Assembly: GCA_002189035.1 (NCBI GenBank)
Contig: NEEC01000008.1
Location: forward strand, 2,790,001 to 2,854,000
DNA length: 64,000 nucleotides
Direction of reading: 5' to 3'
From: Utricularia gibba
Taxonomy: Eukaryota > Plantae > Magnoliophyta
Position numbers and translations under genes: made by a program. Shown here piece after piece: positions 40,095-50,721 of this stretch. Within the stretch, counting starts at the first letter, position 1. Each line of letters opens with the position of its first letter. The notes below the pieces were generated by a model. It saw nothing but the letters and a program-made list of their open reading frames with translations, was not told the DNA's origin and did no database searches.

Positions 40095-40158
40095 ATGAAG
40101 TGTAAGCCGCCGTGTACTTCCGCTTTCCGATTGAAGTACACGGCGGCTTACACTTCAT
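40095..40158. repeat. Perfect 26-bp inverted repeat with 12-nt loop
   Basis: ATGAAGTGTAAGCCGCCGTGTACTTC (40095-40120) is the exact reverse complement of 40133-40158. Confidence 0.97.
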
Positions 40159-42349
40159 TTTGCATAATAATACTTTATTATTATTATTTTTCAATATTTT
40201 TTTATTAATTTAATATTTTATCTTATTGGTAATTTATCTTTATCAATATGAGCGTAACAAATGAAATTACGATTACATTTTATTTATTTTTCAAATTGAT
40301 CCACTATAAAATATCCCATCTTACCTCTCCCATATTCATTAAAATATGGCTAGACCCTAATTAAAATATTTTAATAATAAGAGTATTATGGCTAAACCCT
40401 AATAAATTAATTGGATTTGTAGAATCAATTAATCAGTCAGGATTGTACTATGAGAAGTACACATTGAATGAGATAATCATTCTTTTCCATAATCATTTAT
40501 GTAATATAAAACTGTAATATTGTCATTTTATATCTCAAAATTAAAAAAATTAAATTAATATTAGTATTAGTATTAGTTTCTACTTTTAAAAATGAAAAAT
40601 AAGAAGTAGAAGTATCACATAAAATAGTTTTAGTCTATGTGCTGTATAATTTATATTTCTTATTTCTTTTTTAAAAGTTAATGATTTGCATAACACGACA
40701 TGTTTCTATAGATTTGTGTTAGAAATTAGAAATAGTTCTAAGTTTTTTAAGAATAATTACAGAATATTTTATTCATTTTAAATCTATTTTTCAAGAATTT
40801 TTTTTAGGATAGTTTATTTGAATAATCAAAAGACAGTCATTGTTGTTTTGGCAGTTCACATGGAACACGTGATGCCCTGGAGCCGAGTGAAGGAACTGGT
40901 CAGTAGATGATAAGGCCCACTTTTTGTATTCTTGTCTTTAATTGGCATCTAAATAAAAAAAATAAATTCATGAGCCCATGGGCGCGAAATGCCCCATTCT
41001 GCTTCTCGTTGGGCCACTTATTGTGGTCGTTTAGGCCCAATATGATTTTCTCTCCGGAGCCCCAAATTACGCGAGGCTCTAAAATCTGTCTCCTTTGTAG
41101 GGTCGCTGTCGTTGTTCGCAGAACTGGGGAAGATTGTCTTGTGATGGTGTGGTGATATTTCTTGGCTACCGGCTCGGAACGAGGGGTTTTATTAAGATTT
41201 TTTGTTCAATTTGCTGTTGATGAATGGGATTTTGGACCTGAGTTGTTGTGAATGAGAAGTTGGGAGCGTCCGTGACTGAGGTTGATGATTCCGATGAGCA
41301 ATATGTTTCCCAGAAGAAAATTGTGACAAGGACATGATTAAGGCTGGAATAGGCGAAAAAGGTACTAGGGATCTGGGATCGTAATCAGGTATGAGGGCAT
41401 GTGGATGAAACACGTTTTAATGGTGTTATTCTCCTGAGTTGTTTGAATGCATTGTTTTGAAGGTTTATCATTATGGCGTGTGTGCAGTTTTGTGAAGGTT
41501 ATACTGTATAATCCGAAAACTGGATGCCGTAGTTGTAGAGTCAACCCGAGCTAAACTCAGAGGTTCGATTAATCTTGCTCTATGATTCACATTGTCATGG
41601 GGGTACTGCCTAATTTGGGGTATCTTGTGTCTGATGGAATAGTAAATTGCGCCCCCAAAAGGATCATTTTTGTAAAAGCAAGATGATCTTGGCTTGGTGG
41701 AAGGGATGCCTACAATGAGTTGCACTGGTAATTTGTTAGAAAAACTGTCATCTATTGATCAACCACATGCTTATGATCAATCAAGTCATGATAGAAAAGG
41801 CATGAATAATGTGTAAGTTTATCCCATTCAAGTATTTCCTGACACAGTTAATCTTTGTGTCCGGTTCCCATAAGGCAATCGGAACTAGCTGATTGGGCGA
41901 GAAAGCAGCCATTTATGTCCCAAGGTAGTAGTTGGCCGTGTCCCTCGTTTGAAGGTATTTTTGAAATCCTATATGAAGTGGAGCTGGTTCACTTTGTCCA
42001 GGTGAAATTGCCATTCTGGTTATTCAAAACTCTGCTACACCAAGACTGACGTTGCCTGGAGATACAGTCCTTGATACATGCCCACCTGAATGGCTTCATT
42101 GTACGAGGCTCCTCTGGTGCTTATGGTTTAGTGGGAACTGGGAAATGAGCCTCTTTATTGCTTAATGGATTCTGTGGCAGTTCGTTTGGTGACAACAGAT
42201 TGAGCAGAAACATATTACCCTTCTGGAAACAAGTTCTGAGATTTCAGTAAAGAAACATTTTCTTCCGTTGGCATAAGTTGCCATGGACATACAGACACTC
42301 ACTGAGAGCCTCGAGAAGAACACCAAACAAAGCCTGTCAACAAAGAGTA

Positions 42350-42718
42350 TCAGAAGTGCAAGCCAGAAACTCCACCGTCTACTTGGATATGCGGAAGCTT
42401 AAGCAAAGCTCCGTCCACGAAATACAGGGCCGCTACAAAGTCCCCCACGGCGTGTCCGGCCACAGCCACGAAAAGGAAAACAAGATCGGTTGCCGTTACC
42501 GCAACGATGGCCAAATACAACATGAACCAGTTGACCGCGCGCATCACGACGGAGCGCAGCCGTGTGGGGCGCCCGGTGGGAAGTTTGGAGCAGAACTCAG
42601 CGCTGAAGGTGCAGAGGAAGACAAAAGAGAGGGACAGACAGTAGTCCAGGAGGTTCGGATATTCCGGCCACCCCGGCAGCAGCCGCCTCAGGTATGAACT
42701 CCAGAAACTGCTCACCAT
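42350..42718 (-). CDS. Atypical Ctr/COPT copper-transporter family member (COPT4-like) lacking Met motifs
   Basis: GWP..LLDYCLSLSFVFLCTFSAEF matches COPT TM1. YLAIVAVTA aligns to YLVMLAVMS (TM2) and VAVAGHAVG to TM3 GxxxG. An in-frame TGA just upstream of the ATG excludes an unspliced longer N-terminus. Confidence 0.72.
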   Translation of the reverse strand: MVSSFWSSYLRRLLPGWPEYPNLLDYCLSLSFVFLCTFSAEFCSKLPTGRPTRLRSVVMRAVNWFMLYLAIVAVTATDLVFLFVAVAGHAVGDFVAALYFVDGALLKLPHIQVDGGVSGLHF

Positions 42719-43439
42719 TTCGACGGCGGTTCAAACTTCCGCAGGAGAAAGGGGACGACTAAGAAGAAAGCAAATGCATGTGGGCCGTGGGGATGCACCA
42801 ATTCAAAATTCAGCCGGCGCTTTCACAGAAGGATGCCCATTGCTTCAATGCTTCAAACAAAAAAAATATACCAACTTGAAAAATTAAAAATTCAGGCACC
42901 GTGCAATTATTGAAGAAGCGGATAAATTCAAACAAAGCCCGGTAGCTTAGGTCCATGGGTCCCATTATTTAGGATCCATTTGAAATAATTTATTTTTATT
43001 CTAAAAAATACAAATTTGAAAACATTTCGTAATTTTAATAAATTATAAAAAAAATCAAATTCGATTTTCTTAAAATATTTTTTCAAAAAATACTATTAAA
43101 AAAGTATAATTAATTGGAATTTTAATATTTTTAATTAGCACTTTTTAAATTATATTTAAAAATTAGGTGAATAATTTTCTAATTAAAAAATTAAATAAAA
43201 TATACCAAATATGAACATTCTTATAATTCAAAAAATTTCAAATTTTGAATCTTACCAAATTTTATTTTGAATAAACAAAAATTTAAAATTTTGAGGAAAT
43301 TTAAAGCATTGAGATTAAATAATGGATTACTACTACTAGATCAATGATTCATGGTTAGTTAGCTATTTGAATAATTAAAACACCATTACAAGCTAATCAA
43401 CCATCCGATTTGGAGGTGATGAAGCAACCCTGTTATCTG

Positions 43440-45404
43440 TCACGCCTGCCTGTGCTCCTCATGCAGATCGCTCCTACTGCTTTTTACTGAAAAAACCATT
43501 TGCAAAAGTTGGTAATTCCCTGAAGAGATGGAGAGCAAGAGCAACAAGGTTTAGTGGATATTTACCAGGACTAACAACTCTAACACGTTTCGTGATGGAT
43601 CGTGTAGTGGTTATTGTTTCTGGTGCTGCAATCAAACCACCGCACTTTAGATTCAATGCTTGAGTAAGATACAGAGGGTTCAGCTGCAGATGATGCTCTT
43701 ACCAATTTCTAGTGTAGGTGTCATCATGTCCTTGCCAGCCATGGCTTCTTCTGGCAACTGGCTTGGGAAATGGGAGGCAACACTCTCGTGGTTTCCTTGT
43801 AAACTATGTGGACTGAAACTAAGGATGAAAAGGGAGCAATGTTGAGGTTAAAATGTGAGAATGTGACTAAGGAAATGGATGGAGAATTAATTACCTGGAG
43901 GAGAAATGGGGAGATGAATCCATTCCTTGGCTTGAGTTTAAACACTGCCCTTCATTTGAAACATCGAATTCAAGTAGAAGTTCAGAAAGATTGAAATCAA
44001 GTCCAAAGGCGTCCAGGCCTGAGAAGTCCAAGTCAAGAATGCTGTTTTCTCGGTCAGATTCTGAGGTAGAGTTGCCATCAGTTTGTGTCTCCATCATGGG
44101 CGTGTCTGCTGCTGAACCAAAATCTAGCCTTCCTCTAACATTATCCTTAGCAGAGTACCTCTTCAAATGAGGTGAACATGATGAGACATGACTCTTCTCA
44201 ATGGAATAATATGAGATCTGCTTCATGGGTGTCACTCTAATTGTCTCGGAGACTATTGTGCAATTGGCAGACACAACATGTGGAGAGACACCTTTAGCAG
44301 ACGTGGGAGTTGAAAGGATTTCCAAGGGTGTCCTGGATTTCTCAGTTTCGGAAGAAGAAGTGCGTGGAGGAGTTTTGGGAACAGGGGTCTGCATAGGTGG
44401 TAATGGAGCTTCTTGATGAAACAAACCCTTGACATCATTCGATCCATTTGGAACTGCTTCGTGGCTAGGTAACTGAGCTGCAGGGTGTGTATGAGGCTCG
44501 TGTTTTCCACTTTCCTTCGAGTTCGATAGCATCGTATCATCTGCAACAAGAAAATAGAGTAAGAGGGCACAGCCTGCAGTGAAAAAGCCAGTTTTGCCAA
44601 AGATTCCACCTTTGATTTGGGTGCATTTCCGAGCTCTCTTGGAAGTAATTGGAACGTCTAAGACACTTTTCTGAGCTTTCCTTCTCGTAGATTGTATAAC
44701 TGAGGTAACTGAATTGTTAGGTAACTTCTGGATATGTGAGTCCCTTGATGCAGACACCATCGTCACACCATTAAGTGCTGTACAACAGTAAAGACAGGAA
44801 AGTTAGGCAACACAAACATCGGGAAAACCCACAAGCACAATTGCAAAATATTGCAGAAAATGCAGATCAAATATTACTTGCAGGGGTCACAAACGCAGCT
44901 TCGCTCTGCGAAGCCAAGGGCCCTGTTGTTGCTTGTGGCATCGAAGGTGCGGCGAAAGAACTTCTGCCTACGAAGTCGTTTTCGGCGGCATTATAAGCAT
45001 TCATTACGCCTTGTAACCCTACCAGCAAATTGACGACCCGCAGCTTTTCCTGTTCCAAACGGCACCGTTCCTGATCTACCCACACCTTCTTCTCCTTCAA
45101 AGTTATGTATTCATCAAGAATTGCAGCTAAACTCAGCATACTCTTGGGCGCCTGAAAATTCCAAACCCAGAACATCAATGCCCAAACCCATGTCAAACCT
45201 GGTTAATTAAAAGCAAGCAAAGGGAATTACTTCGTGAACAGGAGAATTAGCAATGAGATCCGCTGCTTCGACCCGAAACGTTGAACGCGCATGGGTGTAA
45301 CCATTGTCGAGTAGATAACGATCAACGATGAAAGCTGTCTGAAGAGGAGTAACTTTCCCTTTACCCACAACGAGAGGTTTCTTCGATTTCGTCTGCTTCC
45401 CCAT
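43440..45404 (-). CDS. Uncharacterised LisH-domain protein (plant family often mislabelled myosin-M heavy protein); NPAT-like N-terminus
   Basis: LisH TAFIVDRYLLDNGYTHARSTFRVEAADL, second exon LSLAAILDEYITLK plus coiled coil, an S/T-P-rich middle, VRGRLDF, DLDFSGLDAFGLDFNLSELL and RSITKRVRVVSP. The last exon boundary is approximate. Confidence 0.85.
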
Positions 45405-45531
45405 TCCCTCTCCTCCTCCAGTTCAGAAAAGGCGAGAAGGCGAATTGGAGGGAATTCAACGACGACTACGCCTCGCGGAGGAGGGAAAAGATGCAGAAAA
45501 GAAGCGGGAGCATTTCGAATTTCTCTTTTCG

Positions 45532-45620
45532 ACGACAAGGCCCAAATTTCTTCTTTTTGGGCTGGACTACGACAAGGCCCAAATTTCTTCTTTTTGGGCT
45601 GGACTACGACAAGGCTCAAA
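45532..45620. repeat. 37-bp tandem repeat, about 2.4 copies, in the LisH/pTAC13 bidirectional promoter
   Basis: Unit ACGACAAGGCCCAAATTTCTTCTTTTTGGGCTGGACT starts at 45532, 45569 and 45606 (partial). Confidence 0.95.
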
Positions 45621-45789
45621 CGTGCTTGATCGGCCCATCATACATGGTCATGGGCCTGAAAATCTTGGGCTATATGAATTGATAAGGTGGATCGGCCCAT
45701 TAGACCAGGAAAGCCCATTTCTGGTGCATTATCCACAACCGAAACGGAAAAGGTGTTTCTGCTGGACACCTGCAATTGCGAGGGACAAG

Positions 45790-47498
45790 ATGATGATGAA
45801 TCGAGGACTGCTGTCATGGAGTCATCGTTTAGGGACCTCACAATTGTGCATTCCTTCGCATAGAGCTCGATTTCCTGGTTCCAATGAGCCTAAATTCTCA
45901 ACCATTACATTAGCGGTTAGTTCTGTGGGCGAGGAGTCGATGACCGCCCGGGAGAAAAGGCAGATGAGGAACAGTAGAAGGGAGAGCAAGCCCGCGTATA
46001 ATTGGAAGGAAGATGTTGAGATGCGCCTAATCAAGAAGACGAAGAAACGGCGAGTCTCTTGGACAGAGGAGTTAAATTTGGATAATCTCGCGTCCGCTGG
46101 CCCGCAGTGGTGGATTGTCAGAGTCTCTAGAGTTTCTGGGAGTGAGACGGCCGAGAGAATGGCTCGTGCTCTAGCCAGAAACTTCCCTCACATGGATTTC
46201 AAGGTTAGTATTGGTTTTTCATTTTAATTGCTTTGCGGCTGAGAGTGGAGAATCTGCAGTTGTTTTTTGTGATTGAAATAGCGAAAATTTATTGTTATTG
46301 TAGCTGGTGTAGGGCGTGTTTCTTGATTGCTCCATGAATACAGGTTTACATTCCTTCAGTTCAAATCAAGAAAAAGTTGAAAAATGGCTCCATTACTGTT
46401 AAGCGAAAATCAGTTTTCCCAGGATGCGTATTTCTGAGATGTGTATTGAACAAGGAGGTGCATGACTTCATTCGAGAATGTGATGGGGTAGGAGGCTTTG
46501 TTGGATCCAAGGTTGGAAATGAGTAAGAAATCTATGTTAATTTCTCCAACTCTGTTGAACTTTTGTTCTCACTCTTCGATTATTTATGAACTGGTGGAAA
46601 AAAATACATAGAAATTTCGAATTTTCCAATATTTCCGTATTTCTTATTGCAGGAAGAGGCAGATAAACAGACCTAGGCCTGTAAGTGAACATGAAGTTGA
46701 GGTCATATTTAAGCAAGCAAAAGAAGAACAGGAGAAAGAGGATTTAGCATTTGAAGAGGAACAGAAGAAGGATCTTGCGTTAGACTCCACACCTTTGTCC
46801 TCCGGTGGCATTGCAGATCTCAAGGCGATAGTGAAGCGTGGTGGGCATGGTAGGAAAACTACTTCATTGAAACTCGGATCCACTGTCCAAGTTATATCCG
46901 GACCCTTTGCCGGTTTCTCTGGCACCATCAGGAAGCTTAATAAAAAAGCAGGGGTGGTATGTTGCTCTTACTTACGTTTACTGTTTGCCTTATTGAGGAC
47001 TTACACTTAAAACTTCACCGAGGAAGCCTATGCCCCACCATGATTAGCCTTCCCCGTTTCAGATTGCAGACACATATTTCATCATATTTCCTTTTTACTC
47101 ATAATATCCTTCTACGGTGGCCATATTTTACTACCTGAGGTTGATGGTATAGGAGACTGTAGGAGCGAGAAGCTGTCAACACAGCAAGTTTTTGTAGTTG
47201 GATTTTTTCCTAGGTTGTAGGAAAGGAACAAGAGTCATAGCACGCTTAGTTTGATTTTTGGCACATCGAAGTTGCTTCAGCAGCAATCATTACTGTGTTT
47301 CACTGGATCAAACTTTTGGTGATCAATTCTGGTTTGTTTATGCAGGCGACGCTTTCACTCCTGCTGTTTGGGAAGGAAACGCTAGCTGATATTGATACAA
47401 AAGATATCTCCCCGAGACAAATAATCAAGCAACAAATGCGGTTCTTTAATACCCTTCTGCCACACTACTGCAAAAAATCAAACGTTCTCCCTCAATGA
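45790..47498 (+). CDS. PTAC13: Plastid transcriptionally active chromosome protein 13 (NusG-like), 4 exons
   Basis: GPQWWIVRVSRVSG, VYIPSV..FPGCVFLRCVLNKEVHDFIRECDGVGGFVGSKVGN (NGN domain), KOW region LKLGSTVQVISGPFAGFSG, and LFGKET. The extreme C-terminus may be affected by an indel at 47410-47413. Confidence 0.93.
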
Positions 47499-48667
47499 AG
47501 ACCTCAAAGTGGAAAGGTAATCCGGTCTCAACATTGTTATGAACCTTGATTTCGTCACCAAGATCTTTTACATTTTCCTTCTTCGCTGATGTCACACCCT
47601 TGATAAGTTGGTGAAATGAATTAATTACATAGATGATCTCTACAGTTCACTTAACCGATACTATTTGTACCTAGGAAAATCCATTTACTATACCACTCCA
47701 CTTCCTGTTGTTGCCGCCCCACTAGTGCTTGGCCACCATTCACTGCACTGCCTGCGCCCGAGTGCGAGCCTATGCTTGTGGTGGGGGTGCGCCGTCGAGT
47801 GGGCGGCTGCAGGCGGGCAAGTGGGCGGTGGGGCATGATGGGTGGTGGCCAACAGTAGGCGGTCAATGGTAGTTGATAAGGTTGTTCCCAATTTTGTCAA
47901 ATTTTTCCATGTATAACCCATCTTTTCGATCGTTTAAACGATCTATTGCACAATTCGGTGATCATCTTCTCCTTGTCATCCCTCCCATCAGTATCACACT
48001 GATATTTCATCTGCTTGCTGTTTTGCAGTTATGGGTATCTTCCTTCTGCTCTGGAAACTATGTTTAAAGCCCTCTGGAAGTGGAGACAATCCCATAGGGG
48101 TAACCAACATTGTACTTCACTTCCAAGCTTCATCAGGGTTCTTGTTTTTGTCGGCACCAGAAAGCACCAGCTAAGCGAAACAGAAGTTGCTTTGGCGTGG
48201 GTGCCTGAGCTTTTCTCTCTTTTCTCACGCTTTCTCCCCAAAAAGCCAGGATCGCCATCCAAATTTCTTCTTTCACTCCGCCCCAAATCTTTCGCCTATT
48301 TACACTTTGCCCCTCCTCAGTCACTGAATTAAGTATCATATAATTATAAAATTAACACACTGAAACTGGAAATAACAATTCATTCTTGAACACATTTCAA
48401 CTGCAAACTAATCCAAATGATTAGGGGATTACAACCAAAACACCTCCCCTAATCTCTCCCTAACTTTATTACTCTCTCCGGCCGCCGTCGGGTTCTCCGG
48501 CCAACTCGCAGTCATACATTTTTCGTATTTCATCTCTTTGTAACACTACTTCTCAAGCCACTAACTACCCTTATCATATTTTCGTTGCTTTATTTGCAGC
48601 ACAACCCACAACTCAAGGAATGATTAGACAGATGGGAGAAGATCAAACAGCAGCACTGCCGGCCCGG

Positions 48668-50082
48668 TTAATACGACCACTCCGGAGGAAGCCGGAGGTC
48701 CTGGTTAGGCGCCGACGGGAAGCTTCTTGGATTTGGATTGCTGCTGACGCGGATTCTGCCTGAAAAGGACACTAGAATTAGTACAAAACCGAGAGCGAAA
48801 ACGGTGAACGGATTCTGTGAACGATAAATCACGTACTGTAATCCGACTCCGGATTTGGGTTCGCCTTCTCCGGTGGAAGAAACCTACCTGTAGCACAATA
48901 ATGAAGAAAGACTCAGAATTGACAACGATGTGTGGTAGCCAGAAAAAGGAATGAGGCCCATGTGCAGGTTAGGCCATGTAATAACTCGGAGCATTGATGG
49001 CGGAATGAGTAGCACAACCGTCTCAAGTTGTAATAGTTCTCAACTATCGAAGATGTAGCAGTTAATGGACCTGGTTTCCTGCGGGTATCAGTAGGCGCAG
49101 GAGCATCGGTGGGGCTGCGGCGAGGCAAGAACACGCCGGTTCCGTTTCGCTCCTTTTTTACGAGGGTGTTGCCTCCTAAGAAAACATTTGCGTTTACCCG
49201 CCGCCTCTCGTTGGATTGTTGCAGAGTAGCCCAAGTTTCCGGCACTCCTGCGGGGGGCAAAGGTGGCGAGTTGTGTTGGAAGCTGAATTCCGGCGACTGA
49301 TTGGCCCAAATTTCTCTTTGCAACATCACCCGTTGCTGCTGCAGCTGCTTAATCTTCTGGATCTATGGAAATAAAGATGGATGTAAGATGATGGGCGCTA
49401 ATTTAATTTGGGTGAACGGAAAAGCGGAACGAGGGCGGCATACCTGAGTTGCCTGCAACTGTAAATACGCAAGGCGGGCGTCGTTTTGAGATTTAAGACG
49501 GTAAAATGAAGGAAGAGGGCAGGCATCCCTTAACGGCGGCGCAGCTTTCTTCTGCGGCTTGGGTACAAATGTGCGAGTCTGAATCGACGCCATTTCTTCA
49601 ACAAATTTAATTCTAGCAACTTCCTCCGCCGCCTTGTACAGAAAATCCCACCCCACCGGGGGCTTTGCTTCCGAGGGATAAGCGGCATTTCGGAAACCGT
49701 ACGCGGAAAGAGCAGATTGTGGAGATCCGTACAACTTCCGGGCCTGCAGGAAAGGCAAGAACAGAAATTAAGTAGGAAACAAAATCACCCCGAGAAAACC
49801 CAAGGTTGCTAAAATCAAAACCTTGGCGCAGGACGAATCCGAGGAATGCAACGAAGTATTTCGTATATTCCGAGCCAACCCAGAGACGTAATCCTCTTCG
49901 TCGCTGTCGGTTTCAGTAGACCCATTGGCAGACTCGACAGGGGAACTCAGATCCGAGTTAGACCCACATCGACGTTGAGCCCAGAAACACTCATTTCGGT
50001 AGTCCATCAGAAGATCGTCGTCGGTCAAAAACTCCGACGGCAACCAGAACTCCTCGTCATCCCCCTTCCTCTGCTGCGCCAT
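48668..50082 (-). CDS. Plant-specific protein of unknown function (FWLPSEFL / GTGVFLP / LPxEWxY family)
   Basis: N-terminal FWLPSEFLTDDD, SDLSSPVES..TETDSDEEDY, GSPQSAL, WDFLYKAAEEVAR, GTGVFLPRR and C-terminal LRLPPEWSY-stop at 48668, joined via phase-compatible GT-AG introns. Confidence 0.8.
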
Positions 50083-50721
50083 CCTAGGACGACGAAGACA
50101 ACAAACAACGGGCGTATTCTTTATAAAGCTGAAAAGCTCTTGCGGTTCGCCGAAGGCAAAATCATGGGCCGTGTTCCCAGTGTAAAGATCTCGGAGGGCC
50201 CCCAGAGAGAGAACAGAGACAGCCGAGGAAGGGGGAGCGTGGAAGAAAGAGGGCGCGCTGGATTTATAAAACGAAATTCACACACCTGGATGCGGCACAC
50301 CCGCGGCGACGGCGAGTGGGATACACGCGTAGCGGCAATATCCCAATTATTCCAAGAAACCGCCCTTCTGTATTCAACTCAACATGACCTACCCGTTGTA
50401 CGGTTCCTTTATTTAATTGGTTTCTTTTTCCCCAAAATGATTTAACGCAATGACAGCTGGCATATATCCACTTGAGATAATCCCGAATATTGATAAATCA
50501 AACATTTCAGAGAAATTTATTTTTCAAAAATATTAGAGAAAAAAATATTGAAAATAGGAGACATGTTGAGAAAAAAACAGTTGGTGCCAGGTATGAGCGT
50601 TCCCCGGAAAGTGGGCTCCACCGCCTGGTAGGCATGTGATCAGGTCAGTGGTAAACGCGTGGGCGCCACCTTTTTCCTGTCCTTGCGCATGTGGTGGCAC
50701 GCAGTGGGACCCATCCGTGTC

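Noticed and set aside
41216-41280. C/D-box snoRNA-like arrangement (TGATGA..CTGA..CTGA)
   Set aside because: There is no terminal stem and no rRNA-complementary guide I could recognise; these boxes are common by chance.
20070-45404. Symplekin, HMGB and NPAT-like genes as a histone-expression gene cluster
   Set aside because: They are separated by unrelated genes (Lhcb4, GPAT6, COPT). The order resembles an ordinary conserved eudicot block as I recall it, so there is no evidence of functional clustering.
45445-45789. 115-codon N-terminal extension of pTAC13 running through the tandem repeat
   Set aside because: It starts at TTG, overlaps the opposite gene's 5' region and is promoter sequence. 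The transit-peptide-like start at 45790 is the sensible ATG.
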